This document shows positions 21,532-32,936 of a stretch of DNA of 57,238 bases, piece after piece. Under the pieces are notes generated by a model. The model did not search any database. It had not been told where the DNA came from and saw only the letters and a list, made by a program, of their open reading frames with translations. A program made the position numbers and the translations under genes. The stretch's first letter is position 1. Every line of letters begins with the position of its first letter. Source of the DNA: Candidatus Endobugula sertula (lineage in GTDB: Bacteria > Pseudomonadota > Gammaproteobacteria > Pseudomonadales > Cellvibrionaceae); contig MDLC01000015.1 of NCBI GenBank assembly GCA_001723645.1, positions 1 to 57,238 of the forward strand, written 5' to 3'.

Positions 21532-21996
21532 TTATAATTTTTGGCAGTTTTGGCATAGGCCTAATACCTCCAGCCATTGTTGTTGGATACGAAATCCAGT
21601 TTGAGTTCCGATATGACTTACTTGCTGGCGGAGAGAGTCATTATGACATTCTGTGGCAGTTTGACATTCGGTACAAATTAAAAAATAGCTGGGGTGCCTA
21701 GTTGAAGGGTCCGTGCAGCCAATAAAGGCATTTAAAGAATTGATACGGTGTATTAAACCGACGTTTAATAAAAAGTTGAGCGTTCTATAAACCGTTGGTG
21801 GTGCAATACAGCGTTCTGACACTTCCGCCAGCATTTCTATTAAATCATAGGCCCCTAAAGGCTGGTGACTTTTCCAAATAAGCTTCAGCAGTTGCTCGCG
21901 TAAAGGAGTCAGGCGTACATTCGCTTCCTGACAAGCTAACAGAGCATTACTGATGGCGGTATCGATACAATGCTGATGATTCTTGCATTGACTCAT
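21532..21996 (-). CDS. zur: Zinc uptake regulator (Fur family)
   Basis: Fur-like winged helix plus CxxC...CxxC pairs (CTECQ, CQNCQ). Divergent from znuA. Confidence 0.85.
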   Translation of the reverse strand: MSQCKNHQHCIDTAISNALLACQEANVRLTPLREQLLKLIWKSHQPLGAYDLIEMLAEVSERCIAPPTVYRTLNFLLNVGLIHRINSLNAFIGCTDPSTRHPSYFLICTECQTATECHNDSLRQQVSHIGTQTGFRIQQQWLEVLGLCQNCQKL

Positions 21997-22026
21997 GAAT
22001 CTGTCTTTTCTCTATTTACAAAAAAC

Positions 22027-22051
22027 ATTTTCGTTATAATATAACACTATT
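22027..22051. promoter_or_regulatory. Candidate Zur box in the zur-znuCB / znuA divergent promoter
   Basis: Perfect palindrome GTTATAATATAAC (22033-22045), matching the remembered Zur consensus core GTTATA-N-TATAAC. It lies between the divergent zinc genes. Confidence 0.6.
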
Positions 22052-22085
22052 GTTTTTTATGCATTACTTAACTCTGAGTTTCTCT

Positions 22086-22997
22086 ATGAACGTTCGTCGC
22101 TTCCTATTATGGCTTTTATTGTTTATGGCTTTATTTCCTGCTTTTGCCGAGCAGACGGGCGTTTCAACTCCAATCCCTGTCGCAGCCACAACCCCAACGA
22201 TAATAACCAGTATTCGACCTTTGGGCTTGTTGGCAAAGGCGGTTGTGGGACAATACGCTAAGGTCGATATATTGATGGAAACGTCTTTTTCGGCCCATCA
22301 TTACTCACTGACTGTATCAGATCGACAGAATATATTATCTGCAGATATTGTGCTATGGGTGGGAGATGCATTAGAAACCGTATTGAAAAAGCCTTTACAT
22401 CAACGCCAGAAAACGACTATTCAGGCGATGAAACTATCCGGGATAACATGGCCTGATCGTCAGGAACATCATCATGGCCCTGACGAGTATCACAGTGATC
22501 ATGACCCTCATATATGGCTAAATCCATTAAATAATATTGTCGTTATTGATGCCTTGCTTAAACAGTTGTCCCTAGATTTTCCGCAGTATGCTGATATGTA
22601 TCAGCACAATGCCAATACCTTAAAGCAAGGACTAGTGAATTTGGATAAACGGTTACAACACACTATGTTGCCTCTTCAAGAACGTAGCTTCATCGTAGCT
22701 CATCCGGCTTATTCTCACTTTGTTGAGCGATATAATCTACAACAATTAGCCTATATTACTTTGACCCCAGAGCGCATGGTGGGGGCAAGGCATCTTTATC
22801 GGTTACGTCAGCAATCACGCGTTCGATGTGTTTTTCAGGATTATGGTATTCAATCACCCAGTGTAAAAAAACTGGCTAAGGACCTCAGTGTCCCTTTATT
22901 AAGGCTTGATCCATTGGGCTTTAAAAGTGCTACGTTAATCCAGCTTATTGAACAGCTTGGAATCGATTTTCATCATTGTCTCGCAGAGACTAGGTAA
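22086..22997 (+). CDS. znuA: Periplasmic zinc-binding protein with His-rich loop
   Basis: Signal peptide MNVRRFLLWLLLFMALFPAFA, a His-rich loop RQEHHHGPDEYHSDHDPHIW, and HPAYSHF. The track ORF starts at an upstream TTG (22050). Confidence 0.9.
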   Translation: MNVRRFLLWLLLFMALFPAFAEQTGVSTPIPVAATTPTIITSIRPLGLLAKAVVGQYAKVDILMETSFSAHHYSLTVSDRQNILSADIVLWVGDALETVLKKPLHQRQKTTIQAMKLSGITWPDRQEHHHGPDEYHSDHDPHIWLNPLNNIVVIDALLKQLSLDFPQYADMYQHNANTLKQGLVNLDKRLQHTMLPLQERSFIVAHPAYSHFVERYNLQQLAYITLTPERMVGARHLYRLRQQSRVRCVFQDYGIQSPSVKKLAKDLSVPLLRLDPLGFKSATLIQLIEQLGIDFHHCLAETR

Positions 22998-23495
22998 TAC
23001 AATACGCTTGCTTTGTCGATAAACGCACTCAGTGCATTGTATCTGCAGTATCAAGTGATCTAAATGATCATTGAACTTTCGCAGAACACGAATAGGAGGA
23101 CGGGAAAACGGAAAAAAGCCCTGTACTTAATCTGCTTTATTTAAAGATAAAAGCGTAATCAAGTACAGGGAAAAGGGGTTCACTTAACCAATTAGCAATC
23201 ATGCTAATATGTTACCTATGGTAACAATAAATATATTTAGCAGCAATAGATTTCTTGGGTCTATAAATAATTTTGTGTAATCAGTCATGATTAAATAGAA
23301 ATAAAACTATAGCTATAACGTGAGATCTTAACAAGCGATCTGAATTGATCAAAGACGATATTTTTAGAGAAGAAAGACCCATTGAACTAGGGCTTGTCCA
23401 CACTCAATGACGGCCTAGTTTTATCCAAATGTTGATCTATACCTAGCCTTTTCTTTATGATCAACAGCCCTTTACCCATTTAAGAAGTATACCCT

Positions 23496-26201
23496 ATGAC
23501 CGCTCCCCTTATTCTTGTCGATGGTTCCTCTTATCTTTACCGTGCGTTTCATGCCATGTTTAAGGCAGACTTGCGCAATTCCCAGGGTGAGCCTACAGGA
23601 GCCATACGCACGGTTACCAGTATGTTACGGCGCCTACAGAAAGATTATCCCGATAGCGTGGTGGCTGTTATTTTTGATGCCAAAGGTAAGACATTTCGAG
23701 ATGATATTTTTCCCGAATATAAGGCTAATCGTCCATCAATGCCCGATGATTTAAAGTCACAGGTTGAACCAGTACATCAAATTATTCGCAATATGGGTTT
23801 ATCCCTGTTAGTGGTTGATGGCGTTGAAGCAGATGATGTGATTGGAACACTGGCTCATCAAGCAACACAACAAGGTATGAACGTGATTGTTTCTACTGGC
23901 GATAAAGATATGGCCCAACTGGTTAACGAGCATGTGATGTTGGTGAATACTATGACTGAAACGATGATGGATGTTGCTGGAGTCGAGGATAAATTCGGTA
24001 TTCCACCTGCGCTAATTATCGATTTTCTTGCATTAACGGGAGATAAAGTCGATAACATTCCTGGTGTTCCTGGTGTCGGAGAAAAAACAGCATTGGCTTT
24101 GCTGCGGAATATTGGTGGTATTGAGGCGATTTATCAAAATCTTGAGAGTATTCGTGAGCTGGATTTCCGTGGTGCAAAGACTATACATAAAAAACTCGAA
24201 GAGCACGAAGAGATGGTACGTCTCTCCTACACCCTAGCGACAATTAAAACGGATGTTGCTCTGGGTTTGGGTCCTAAGGATTTAGTGCAGGAAGAGGAAA
24301 ATGTTGAGGCTTTACGCGAGCTTTATGAGCGCTATGAATTTAAACCTTGGCTCCAGGAACTGAATGGTAATGATTTAGAAAAAGCGTCTAGCCCTATCGA
24401 TTATGACACTGTGCTGACCGAAGGTGCTTTACAGCAATGGATTAATCACTTGGAGCAGGCAGAGTTATTTGCTTTTGATACAGAAACGACCAGCCTGGAC
24501 TATATGGAAGCCCGTGTTGTGGGGGTTTCTTTTGCGGTTGAATCTGGCAAGGCCGCCTATGTACCATGTGGCCATGACTACCTGGATGCACCTGAGCAGC
24601 TGTCTTTAGATTACGTTTTAGAGAAATTGAAACCTTTGCTGGAAAACCCCAACAAAGCTAAAGTTGGACAAAATCTTAAATACGATCGCAATGTGTTGCT
24701 CAATCACGAAGTAGAGCTACAAGGGATCGCTTTCGACACCATGTTAGAATCCTATATTTATCACTCTACAGCTACCCGCCACGATATGGATAGCTTGGCG
24801 TGCTTTTATCTGGATAAATCGACGATCCATTTTGAAGATATTGCGGGGAAAGGAGCCAAGCAACTCACCTTTAACCAGATCCCCCTTGAACAGGCAGCTC
24901 CCTACGCTGCGGAAGACGCGGACATTACTTTGCAGTTGCATCAAACATTGTGGCCAAAATTACAGCAGAAAGCGAGTTTGGGGAATGTATTTAGATCGAT
25001 AGAGCTACCCCTGATACCCGTTATTTCCAGAATGGAACGTCAGGGAGCACTTATTGATGCAGCCCTGCTGGGTGAGCACAGCCTTGAACTTGATAATCGA
25101 TTAAATATCTTGCAAAAAACAGCCTTTGATTTGGCGGGAGAAGCATTTAATTTAAGTTCTCCCAAACAATTGGGGGCTATTTTATTTGAGAAGCTGGCAT
25201 TACCTGTTATTAAGAAAACGCCCAAAGGGGCACCCTCAACGGCAGAAGAAGTATTGCAAGAATTGGCCTTGGATTACCCTTTACCAAAAGTGTTGATTGA
25301 ATATCGTAGTTTAGCCAAATTGAAGTCCACTTATACCGATAAATTACCGCAAATGATTAAGCCCCAAACGGGAAGGATCCATACATCATACCATCAGGCG
25401 GTAACAGCGACCGGACGTTTATCGTCTTCAGACCCTAATTTACAAAATATCCCCATTCGCAATCCGGAGGGTCGACGTATTCGACAGGCTTTCATTGCAC
25501 CCGATGGGTATCAGATAGTCGCGGCTGATTATTCACAGATTGAATTGCGTATTATGGCTCATCTATCAGGGGATAAAGGGTTAACAGAGGCCTTTAATCA
25601 TGGGTTGGATGTCCATAGAGCGACTGCGGCGGAAGTGTTTGATGTGGCACTTGATCATGTAACAGATGAGCAGCGTCGCAGTGCAAAGGCCATCAACTTC
25701 GGATTAATTTATGGTATGTCGGCTTTTGGGCTTGGTAAACAATTGGGCTTAGGGCGCAATGATGCTCAGCAATATATCGACTTGTATTTTGAACGCTACC
25801 CTGGTGTAAAAGATTATATGGACTGCATTCGGCAGCAGGCGGCAAAACAGGGTTATGTAGAAACCTTAATGGGGCGCCGCTTATACTTGCCTGATATTAG
25901 TGCCAATAACAATGTGCGTAAACAGGCGACTGAGCGCACAGCCATTAACGCACCAATGCAGGGGACTGCTGCAGATATTATAAAAACAGCGATGATACGC
26001 GTGGATCAATGGTTGATGGCAGAAAAGGTGAATGCCTGTATGATTATGCAGGTTCACGATGAGTTAGTTCTTGAGGTGAAAACCTCTGATACTATGCGAG
26101 TGAGCCAACAGTTGGCTAAAATCATGTCTGAAGCGGTAACATTATCCGTTCCCCTTGTGGTTGATGTAGGTTTTGGAGATAATTGGGACCAAGCGCACTA
26201 A
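23496..26201 (+). CDS. polA: DNA polymerase I
   Basis: 5'-nuclease N-terminus ([16 protein letters not shown]), a 3'-5' exonuclease block ([11 protein letters not shown]), and polymerase motifs DYSQIELR and QVHDELV. 901 aa. Confidence 0.98.
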   Translation: MTAPLILVDGSSYLYRAFHAMFKADLRNSQGEPTGAIRTVTSMLRRLQKDYPDSVVAVIFDAKGKTFRDDIFPEYKANRPSMPDDLKSQVEPVHQIIRNMGLSLLVVDGVEADDVIGTLAHQATQQGMNVIVSTGDKDMAQLVNEHVMLVNTMTETMMDVAGVEDKFGIPPALIIDFLALTGDKVDNIPGVPGVGEKTALALLRNIGGIEAIYQNLESIRELDFRGAKTIHKKLEEHEEMVRLSYTLATIKTDVALGLGPKDLVQEEENVEALRELYERYEFKPWLQELNGNDLEKASSPIDYDTVLTEGALQQWINHLEQAELFAFDTETTSLDYMEARVVGVSFAVESGKAAYVPCGHDYLDAPEQLSLDYVLEKLKPLLENPNKAKVGQNLKYDRNVLLNHEVELQGIAFDTMLESYIYHSTATRHDMDSLACFYLDKSTIHFEDIAGKGAKQLTFNQIPLEQAAPYAAEDADITLQLHQTLWPKLQQKASLGNVFRSIELPLIPVISRMERQGALIDAALLGEHSLELDNRLNILQKTAFDLAGEAFNLSSPKQLGAILFEKLALPVIKKTPKGAPSTAEEVLQELALDYPLPKVLIEYRSLAKLKSTYTDKLPQMIKPQTGRIHTSYHQAVTATGRLSSSDPNLQNIPIRNPEGRRIRQAFIAPDGYQIVAADYSQIELRIMAHLSGDKGLTEAFNHGLDVHRATAAEVFDVALDHVTDEQRRSAKAINFGLIYGMSAFGLGKQLGLGRNDAQQYIDLYFERYPGVKDYMDCIRQQAAKQGYVETLMGRRLYLPDISANNNVRKQATERTAINAPMQGTAADIIKTAMIRVDQWLMAEKVNACMIMQVHDELVLEVKTSDTMRVSQQLAKIMSEAVTLSVPLVVDVGFGDNWDQAH

Positions 26202-26393
26202 CTGTTAGCCGATTGACTTTTTTAAAGTTAACAGCTCCTATGTAAAAATAGTTCAAAAAAAATTGTATTTTTTTGAACTTCTGCAAAAAAGCATAGTCAT
26301 ACACTATGTCCTTAACCCCAACTGCTCTTCAGGCCCCTAAGCAAAAGAGCAAATATTAGCCACAACAACGTAGAATTTGTTATCTCTATGGCA

Positions 26394-26421
26394 CCCCAGC
26401 TTTTTAGCTGGGGTTTTCTTT
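26394..26421 (+). terminator. Rho-independent terminator not attached to any ORF (possible sRNA 3' end downstream of polA)
   Basis: ccccagc-ttttta-gctgggg followed by ttttcttt. Confidence 0.6.
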
Positions 26422-26663
26422 ATGTTCTCAATGTATTAGAGTCATTTATTAAGGTTAGTTCGAGTAAAAACATAGAAATAGGTAGACTACGTTAGATATC
26501 AAGGGATTCACGTATCATTACTTGTTTTGTGCAAAAAGCAGCCAAACTTCACGAATTTTGCTATTTATAGCGCCTTTACAGAAAAAAAATTTGACTTCTC
26601 ATGCCTGTAACTATATAAAAAGCGCTCTTCATACACTAACCAATAATATTAGGGGGCAAAATA

Positions 26664-27737
26664 ATGAAGAAAGCTCTTTTAGCATTAGCAGTTGCGGGTG
26701 CAGCTGTGTCGGCACAGGCTGACGTAAAACTATCGGGTCATGTACAAACGTCTTTTGGTGACATCGAAGAATTTGGTCAAACTGTTGATACAGCAACTGG
26801 TGCGGTTTCTAATACCAACGAAGAAAGTTTTTCTGTAAATAATACAGCCACGTCACAATCGCGATTCCGTATTACGTCTAGCAAAGAAGCTGGCGGTATT
26901 ACTTATGGTACTAATATAGAAGTTGGTTTGCGTGAAGGTGGTGGTACTAACTTACGTACTCGTAAGAACGAAGTAACCATGGCGGGTAGTTTTGGTAAGG
27001 TAAGTATTGGTCACGGTTCTGAATCATCTGATGGTGCTGTTGAAAGCTCATTCAGTTCTACGTGGGTAACCTGGGATGATCTCAGTAACTATGAAGTTGG
27101 TTATGCGGACCTTAGTACAACTACGAATGAATTCGGCATCTATGAAGTGATTGATGGTAATCGTACTAATCGTATTCGCTATGACTCTCCAAAAATTGCT
27201 GGCGTATTAACGTTCTCCGGTGATATACAGGATGATGATGATCTTGTTTTTGCTGCTCGTGCCGGAAATAGCAATTTCGCTGGTGCTTTGTATCATTTAG
27301 CAAGAGATGCTGATAATGCTGATGAGTTTGGTGGTTCTATCGCTATTAAATCGGGTATTTTTGTTGCGTCATACGGTTTTGCGGAGCGTGATGCTGCCAA
27401 TACTCCTGGTACGGCTGTAGCAGCAGGTGGTGCAGTGTCTGGGGCTGATGAGTCAGAAGCCGAATATAGTGTATTTAATATCGGTATTGAAACAGCCACC
27501 TATGGCTTAACCCTTGATATGCAAAACATTGAGTTAGATAACAATCGTGCTGATAATGTGGCTGGTGAAGTTTCTACTGTTGGTTTAAATTTTACTTACA
27601 AGCCAACCTCTGGTGTTACACTTTTTGCGGACATTCATAGGATTGAAGCGGACACTACTTCTGTAAATGCACAGCTTGCTGGTGTGAATGGTGTTAGTGG
27701 TAATGGTGCTACAGCCGGTGCTCGCATCACTTTCTAA
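26664..27737 (+). CDS. Outer-membrane porin (general Gram-negative porin family)
   Basis: Signal peptide MKKALLALAVAGAAVSAQA, beta-strand-like alternating pattern, and a C-terminal ...ARITF with terminal Phe. Confidence 0.8.
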   Translation: MKKALLALAVAGAAVSAQADVKLSGHVQTSFGDIEEFGQTVDTATGAVSNTNEESFSVNNTATSQSRFRITSSKEAGGITYGTNIEVGLREGGGTNLRTRKNEVTMAGSFGKVSIGHGSESSDGAVESSFSSTWVTWDDLSNYEVGYADLSTTTNEFGIYEVIDGNRTNRIRYDSPKIAGVLTFSGDIQDDDDLVFAARAGNSNFAGALYHLARDADNADEFGGSIAIKSGIFVASYGFAERDAANTPGTAVAAGGAVSGADESEAEYSVFNIGIETATYGLTLDMQNIELDNNRADNVAGEVSTVGLNFTYKPTSGVTLFADIHRIEADTTSVNAQLAGVNGVSGNGATAGARITF

Positions 27738-27786
27738 TTGTAAGTAGTTTTGATAACCAAAAGTTAGAGAGATATTATATAGAAAA

Positions 27787-27819
27787 AGCGCATCATTCTT
27801 TGAGTGGTGCGCTTTTTTG
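27787..27819 (+). terminator. Rho-independent terminator of the porin gene
   Basis: agcgcatca-ttctttgag-tggtgcgct (8 of 9 bp) followed by tttttg. Confidence 0.75.
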
Positions 27820-27915
27820 TCGATTACCGCTCAGGTTGCAGTGCTTATAAAAACCTATTACAATAGTCGGCCTTGGTAATACTCTCACTTAACAAACCAT
27901 TGCTGCTCTCTTTTT

Positions 27916-28272
27916 ATGCCATCTATTGTTGTATTTTTTTTAATCGTTATGACTTCTTTTATGATCGGTTGTTCCGGTGGCGTTGCTACCGATAATGAAT
28001 TAGCGGCACCTCAGGATCGAATCGCTCCTGGAGTTTTTACGGGCTCTAGTGGTGAGTTTTCGGTGACTAAGTATTTTAGTGATGAAGCCAAACGCAAGAA
28101 AAGCGGTGGGTATTATATTCTCGATCTTAAAGGTGCTCCTCCAATGTCTGAGGAAGAGTTTAAAGAGTTTGAAAGCTTCCGTGCATGGTTACGTTCAAAA
28201 GAAAAAGAATCTTCCGAATATAAAGAATACCAACAATGGCGAGCTACTCAGCAATCGTCTCCATCGAGCTAG
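27916..28272 (+). CDS. Small lipoprotein, function unknown
   Basis: Lipobox-like FMIGC after a hydrophobic N-terminus. 118 aa. Confidence 0.55.
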   Translation: MPSIVVFFLIVMTSFMIGCSGGVATDNELAAPQDRIAPGVFTGSSGEFSVTKYFSDEAKRKKSGGYYILDLKGAPPMSEEEFKEFESFRAWLRSKEKESSEYKEYQQWRATQQSSPSS

Positions 28273-28352
28273 TCTGCACATAATAGCTACAATGAAGCTT
28301 CAGCTTCTTTCTGTATAGAGGTCTATTATTTTAAGTGCTATTTATTGGCTTT

Positions 28353-28386
28353 TGGTCATAAAAGTGTCATATTTTGTGGCTATCAT
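28353..28386 (+). promoter_or_regulatory. Candidate Pho box upstream of pstC
   Basis: Repeats with 11-bp phasing: tGGTCATaaaa-gTGTCATattt-tGTGGCTatca. They resemble the remembered CTGTCAT-N4 repeat consensus. tataat lies at 28399-28404. Confidence 0.55.
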
Positions 28387-28449
28387 CTTCCCATTCTTTA
28401 TAATATAGATCCACTGCGTTACCCAGCGAGTCTTATTCTGGTATAAACG

Positions 28450-29862
28450 ATGAATTTTTCTACATTATTTACCTTTATTCTGCTGGGTGTGGCCGTTGTC
28501 TATTATCTGTGCCAGTATCGCTCTCTCAGCATTGCTAAACAAATGGGAGGACTTAAACACCTACACTCCTTACCAGTATTTTATGGTATGCAAGCTGCCA
28601 TATGGTGCGCTATTCCCTGTATCATTATTTTTACGTTATGGACAATTCTTGACGATTCAATAATCCGTCAACTTACCTTACAGTACTTGACCGAAGAGCA
28701 GCAGCGTCTTCCACAGGGGGAGCTGATATTATTACTAAGCTCTATTGAGAACATAGCTCAAGGTACATCACTCCAGCAAGACCCACAAATGTTGGCTATC
28801 GCTGAGCGAGTTAATGATTTCCAACGAATTAGTCAACTTGCGTTAACGGTTATTGTGCTTTGCGCCGTTATTATCCTAGGTTCCTGGCGTTGGATGCGAG
28901 TTAGCGCGGCTAACAACGCGCGTAATAGTGTTGAGCGTACTTTTATGGTGTCTTTGTTCGTCTGTTCAATGATCGCTATTATCACCACTATTGGTATTGT
29001 ATTTTCCGTTTTATTTGAGTCTATTCGTTTTTTCCAAATCATACCCATCCATGAGTTTGTTTTTGGCGCCCAATGGAGCCCTCAGTTGTCTATTCGTGAA
29101 GATCAGGTGGGCAGCTCAGGTGCATTTGGTGCTGTGCCCCTATTTACAGGGACATTGTTGATTTCGGCTATCGCCATGTTAGTTGCAGTACCTACTGGTT
29201 TAATGACAGCCATTTATTTATCGGAATATGCCAATGCTAAACTAAGAGGTATTGTTAAGCCATTATTAGAAATATTGGCAGGTATTCCTACGGTCGTTTA
29301 TGGTTTTTTTGCGGCTTTAACCATTGCGCCAATGATTAAAAATAGTTTGCATGGTTTTGACCTTTCTTTATTGGGTATAAGTTTGGGGGTGTTGGACGTT
29401 TCAGGGGAAAGTGCTTTGGCAGCGGGTTTGGTAATGGGAGTGATGATTATTCCATTTGTTTCTTCGCTTTCTGATGATGTCATTAATGCGGTTCCCCAGT
29501 CGTTGCGTGATGGTGCTTATGGTTTGGGCTCAACCCAATCGGAAACCGTTAAAAAAGTGGTTTTTCCCGCTGCTTTACCGGGTATCGTCGGCGCCATACT
29601 GTTGGCAGTATCCCGTGCTATTGGAGAAACTATGATTGTCGTGATGGCTGTCGGTACGGCAGCGAAGCTGACATTCAATCCGCTAGAGTCGGTAACCACG
29701 GTGACAGTGCAAATGACAACCTTGCTCATTGGTGACCATGAATTTGATAGTGCAAAAACGTTAGCTGCTTTTGCTTTGGGTCTGGTACTGTTTATCCTAA
29801 CGTTGGGACTTAACTTCATTGCGCTTCGCATCGTAAAAAAATATCGTGAGCAATATGACTAA
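28450..29862 (+). CDS. pstC: Phosphate ABC transporter permease PstC (long form)
   Basis: Multi-TM protein with the EAA-like motif RDGAYGLGSTQSETVKKVVFPAALPG. 470 aa. Confidence 0.92.
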   Translation: MNFSTLFTFILLGVAVVYYLCQYRSLSIAKQMGGLKHLHSLPVFYGMQAAIWCAIPCIIIFTLWTILDDSIIRQLTLQYLTEEQQRLPQGELILLLSSIENIAQGTSLQQDPQMLAIAERVNDFQRISQLALTVIVLCAVIILGSWRWMRVSAANNARNSVERTFMVSLFVCSMIAIITTIGIVFSVLFESIRFFQIIPIHEFVFGAQWSPQLSIREDQVGSSGAFGAVPLFTGTLLISAIAMLVAVPTGLMTAIYLSEYANAKLRGIVKPLLEILAGIPTVVYGFFAALTIAPMIKNSLHGFDLSLLGISLGVLDVSGESALAAGLVMGVMIIPFVSSLSDDVINAVPQSLRDGAYGLGSTQSETVKKVVFPAALPGIVGAILLAVSRAIGETMIVVMAVGTAAKLTFNPLESVTTVTVQMTTLLIGDHEFDSAKTLAAFALGLVLFILTLGLNFIALRIVKKYREQYD

Positions 29863-31147
29863 TCAAACAATAAAAACGATTGATCGCGTTAACTTAACGC
29901 TGAAAACACGCCATCGTGCAGAAAAGCGTTTCCGTTTATATGGTATGGTTTCTATTGCGTTTGGTTTACTTTGCTTATTGTTTTTATTTAGTAATATTAT
30001 TGGCAAAGGTATGCGAGGTTTTACTTATCACTATCTCATTTTATCGGTTGAACTTGATGCATCGGTTCTCGGTATTACCGATCCTAATGATTTAGATCAA
30101 ATCTTAGCAGCCAATTATTCAGGGCTTATTAAAAAAGCGGCGTATCGCTATTTTCAAGTGAATGAGCGCAAAGCTAAAAAGAAAGTGCGTAAATTGTTGG
30201 CCATTGATGGAACTGGATATCTGTTACAGAATAAACTCAAGCAAGGTAACGTGTCTGAATTATTGGGCACAAAAGTAACCATATTAGCTCTGGTTGATGA
30301 TAAAGTGGATTATTACCTGAAGCGTTTGGGGGAACCTGATGAGCCTGGAAAGCAAGCGTTTGATGATCAGCAGTTACGGTGGATAGACACTGCAAAAGAA
30401 GCCGGAGATCTTAAACACAAAATCAATTGGGCATTTTTTAGTACCGGCGACTCATCACACTCCGAAGAGGCGGGCATTCGTGGTGCGGTCATGGGATCAT
30501 TCTATCTGTTGTTGGTAACTTTTCTATTGTCGTTTCCGATTGGCATTGCCGCTGCCATTTATCTGGAGGAGTATGCGCCTACAAACAGATGGACTGATTT
30601 GATTGAGGTGAATATTAATAATCTGGCGGCGGTACCTTCTATTATTTTCGGTCTGCTTGGTTTAGCGATATTTTTATCGTTTTTTGGTTTTCCTCGCTCA
30701 ACACCTCTGGTAGGCGGTTTTGTATTAACACTGATGACTTTGCCGACAATTATTATTTCTAGTCGGGCAGCGATTAAAGCGGTTCCCCCTTCTATTCGTC
30801 AGGCAGCTTATGGAATAGGAGCCTCCAAGATGCAAGTGACGTTACACCATGTATTACCTTTGGCAATGCCGGGCATGTTAACGGGAACCATTATTGGTCT
30901 GGCTCAAGCGTTAGGTGAAAGCGCTCCACTATTAATGATTGGTATGGCAGCATTTATTCCAGAAGTTCCAAATGGTGTTAGCGATCCAGCAACGGCCCTA
31001 CCAATGCAGATTTTCCAATGGTTTAGGAATGCTGATGCTGGTTTTAATGAAAAAGCGTCAGCTGCCATTTTAGTATTATTGATGTTTTTAATTTCTATGA
31101 ATATATTGGCTGTTTGGGCGCGTCGCCGCCTTGAAAGGCGTTGGTAG
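29846..31147 (+). CDS. pstA: Phosphate ABC transporter permease PstA (long form)
   Basis: IRQAAYGIGASKMQVTLHHVLPLAMPG motif. GTG at 29846 or ATG at 29855. Overlaps the pstC stop. Confidence 0.92.
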   Translation: MSNMTNQTIKTIDRVNLTLKTRHRAEKRFRLYGMVSIAFGLLCLLFLFSNIIGKGMRGFTYHYLILSVELDASVLGITDPNDLDQILAANYSGLIKKAAYRYFQVNERKAKKKVRKLLAIDGTGYLLQNKLKQGNVSELLGTKVTILALVDDKVDYYLKRLGEPDEPGKQAFDDQQLRWIDTAKEAGDLKHKINWAFFSTGDSSHSEEAGIRGAVMGSFYLLLVTFLLSFPIGIAAAIYLEEYAPTNRWTDLIEVNINNLAAVPSIIFGLLGLAIFLSFFGFPRSTPLVGGFVLTLMTLPTIIISSRAAIKAVPPSIRQAAYGIGASKMQVTLHHVLPLAMPGMLTGTIIGLAQALGESAPLLMIGMAAFIPEVPNGVSDPATALPMQIFQWFRNADAGFNEKASAAILVLLMFLISMNILAVWARRRLERRW

Positions 31148-31230
31148 TCAGTAATAATTAAGCATTTATTTTGCAATATGACGAAAAGCGATAACGATAA
31201 TATTAGGCATGATTGATAAACGACATCACA

Positions 31231-32100
31231 ATGACAGAAATAAAGGGTGATATAGTGGTAGACCAAAAAACGACAATGACAACAAATAACAAGGTCGTGT
31301 TAGACGGTGATAACGATAAAACAGTCGGTGAGCCTTTTGTTGAAAATGCAAAAATGTCGATGCGTCACGTTAATGTATTTTATGGTGAAAAGCAGGCAAT
31401 TTTTGATGTTAATTTAGATATTGCCTCCAATCAAGTGGTTGCGATGATTGGTCCATCCGGGTGTGGTAAGTCGACGTTTTTACGTTGCTTAAACCGCATG
31501 AATGACACCATTAGTATTTGCCGTGTTGATGGAAAATTATTCTTGGAAGAACAAGACATTAACGACAAGAAAATGGATGTAGTGCCACTTCGTGCTCGTG
31601 TAGGAATGGTTTTTCAAAAACCGAATCCATTTCCAAAATCTATTTACGACAATGTAGCTTACGGGCCCCGTATCCACGGTCTAGCTGATCGTCGCTCCGA
31701 CTTGGATGAAATAGTGGAAACTAGTTTGCAAAAAGCAGGTTTATGGGATGAGGTCAAAGACCGTTTACACCAACCAGGAATCGGTCTATCAGGTGGCCAG
31801 CAGCAACGTTTATGTATTGCCCGAACCATTGCAGTGAGCCCAGAAGTTATTTTGATGGATGAACCCTGTTCGGCATTAGACCCTATTGCAACCGCAAAGA
31901 TTGAAGAACTCATTGATGAACTCAGCCAAAATTATACGATTGCCATCGTAACACACTCAATGCAACAGGCAGCTCGGGTTTCCCACAGAACAGCCTACTT
32001 TCATTTGGGTAAACTCATTGAAGTCAACGAAACTGAAAAAGTATTTACCAACCCAGATCACTCATTAACAGAAGCTTATATTACTGGACGTTTTGGTTGA
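31231..32100 (+). CDS. pstB: Phosphate ABC transporter ATPase
   Basis: Walker [35 protein letters not shown] and the AYITGRFG tail. The first ATG is 31231 (the track ORF starts at TTG 31213). Confidence 0.95.
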   Translation: MTEIKGDIVVDQKTTMTTNNKVVLDGDNDKTVGEPFVENAKMSMRHVNVFYGEKQAIFDVNLDIASNQVVAMIGPSGCGKSTFLRCLNRMNDTISICRVDGKLFLEEQDINDKKMDVVPLRARVGMVFQKPNPFPKSIYDNVAYGPRIHGLADRRSDLDEIVETSLQKAGLWDEVKDRLHQPGIGLSGGQQQRLCIARTIAVSPEVILMDEPCSALDPIATAKIEELIDELSQNYTIAIVTHSMQQAARVSHRTAYFHLGKLIEVNETEKVFTNPDHSLTEAYITGRFG

Positions 32101-32135
32101 TTGCTGAAAATTTCTGGTAAGGCTTGGAGAAGACA

Positions 32136-32852
32136 ATGGATAAATTAAATATTAATCAACATATCTCACAACAATATAACTCAGCATTAGATGACTTAAA
32201 GACGGAATTTTTAGCTCTAGGTGGTATTGTCGAGCAACAAATTATTAAAGCAGTAAAGTCAATTACTGATGTGGATGTTGATTTAGCAGCAGAGGTGATG
32301 GCGGTAGAAAAAGAGGTTGATAAGCGTGAAATAGTATTGGATGACCTATGTACACAGATTATTGCTCGTCGTCAGCCAACTGCTTCTGACTTGCGTTTGG
32401 TCATGGCAATATCGAAAGCTACACGAGACCTAGAACGTATGGGGGATGAAGCGAATAAGATTGCTAAAATGGCGATTGCTATTTCAGAATCTGAAACACT
32501 CCCACATGGCTTTAGTGAGCTGCGTAATCTGGGTCGTCAAGTACAAGATGAAGTTAATATTACATTAACTGCATTTGCTCGTTATGATGTGGATATGGCT
32601 CTTCAGGTTGTTGACAAGGATGAAGAAATCGATCGCGAGTATGCTACGGCTATGCGTGAGTTGATTACTTATATGATGGAAGATCCACGCAATATCAGTC
32701 GTGCAATGAGTATTATATGGTCATTGCGCTCTTTAGAGCGTATTGGTGACCATGCTGGTAATATTTCAGAGCAAGTGATTTATTTGGTAAAAGGTTTGGA
32801 TATTCGTCACAAAACAGCAGACGAAGTAGCCGAACAGGTTAGCCAGGATTGA
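32136..32852 (+). CDS. phoU: Phosphate signalling regulator PhoU
   Basis: Two PhoU repeats with DLERMGDEA and SLERIGDHA motifs. ATG at 32136. Confidence 0.93.
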   Translation: MDKLNINQHISQQYNSALDDLKTEFLALGGIVEQQIIKAVKSITDVDVDLAAEVMAVEKEVDKREIVLDDLCTQIIARRQPTASDLRLVMAISKATRDLERMGDEANKIAKMAIAISESETLPHGFSELRNLGRQVQDEVNITLTAFARYDVDMALQVVDKDEEIDREYATAMRELITYMMEDPRNISRAMSIIWSLRSLERIGDHAGNISEQVIYLVKGLDIRHKTADEVAEQVSQD

Positions 32853-32936
32853 TAGGATCACCTGTTATTTTTCAAAAGGTATCTACCCTATCTTGCTATC
32901 GCTCCTGCTTCGGCGCAGTGTCAGTGGTCAACGGAG

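Noticed and set aside
23119-23170. A 10-bp inverted repeat ccctgtactt/aagtacaggg downstream of znuA, considered as a terminator.
   Set aside because: The 32-nt loop and the absence of a U-tract do not fit an intrinsic terminator. Its function is unknown.
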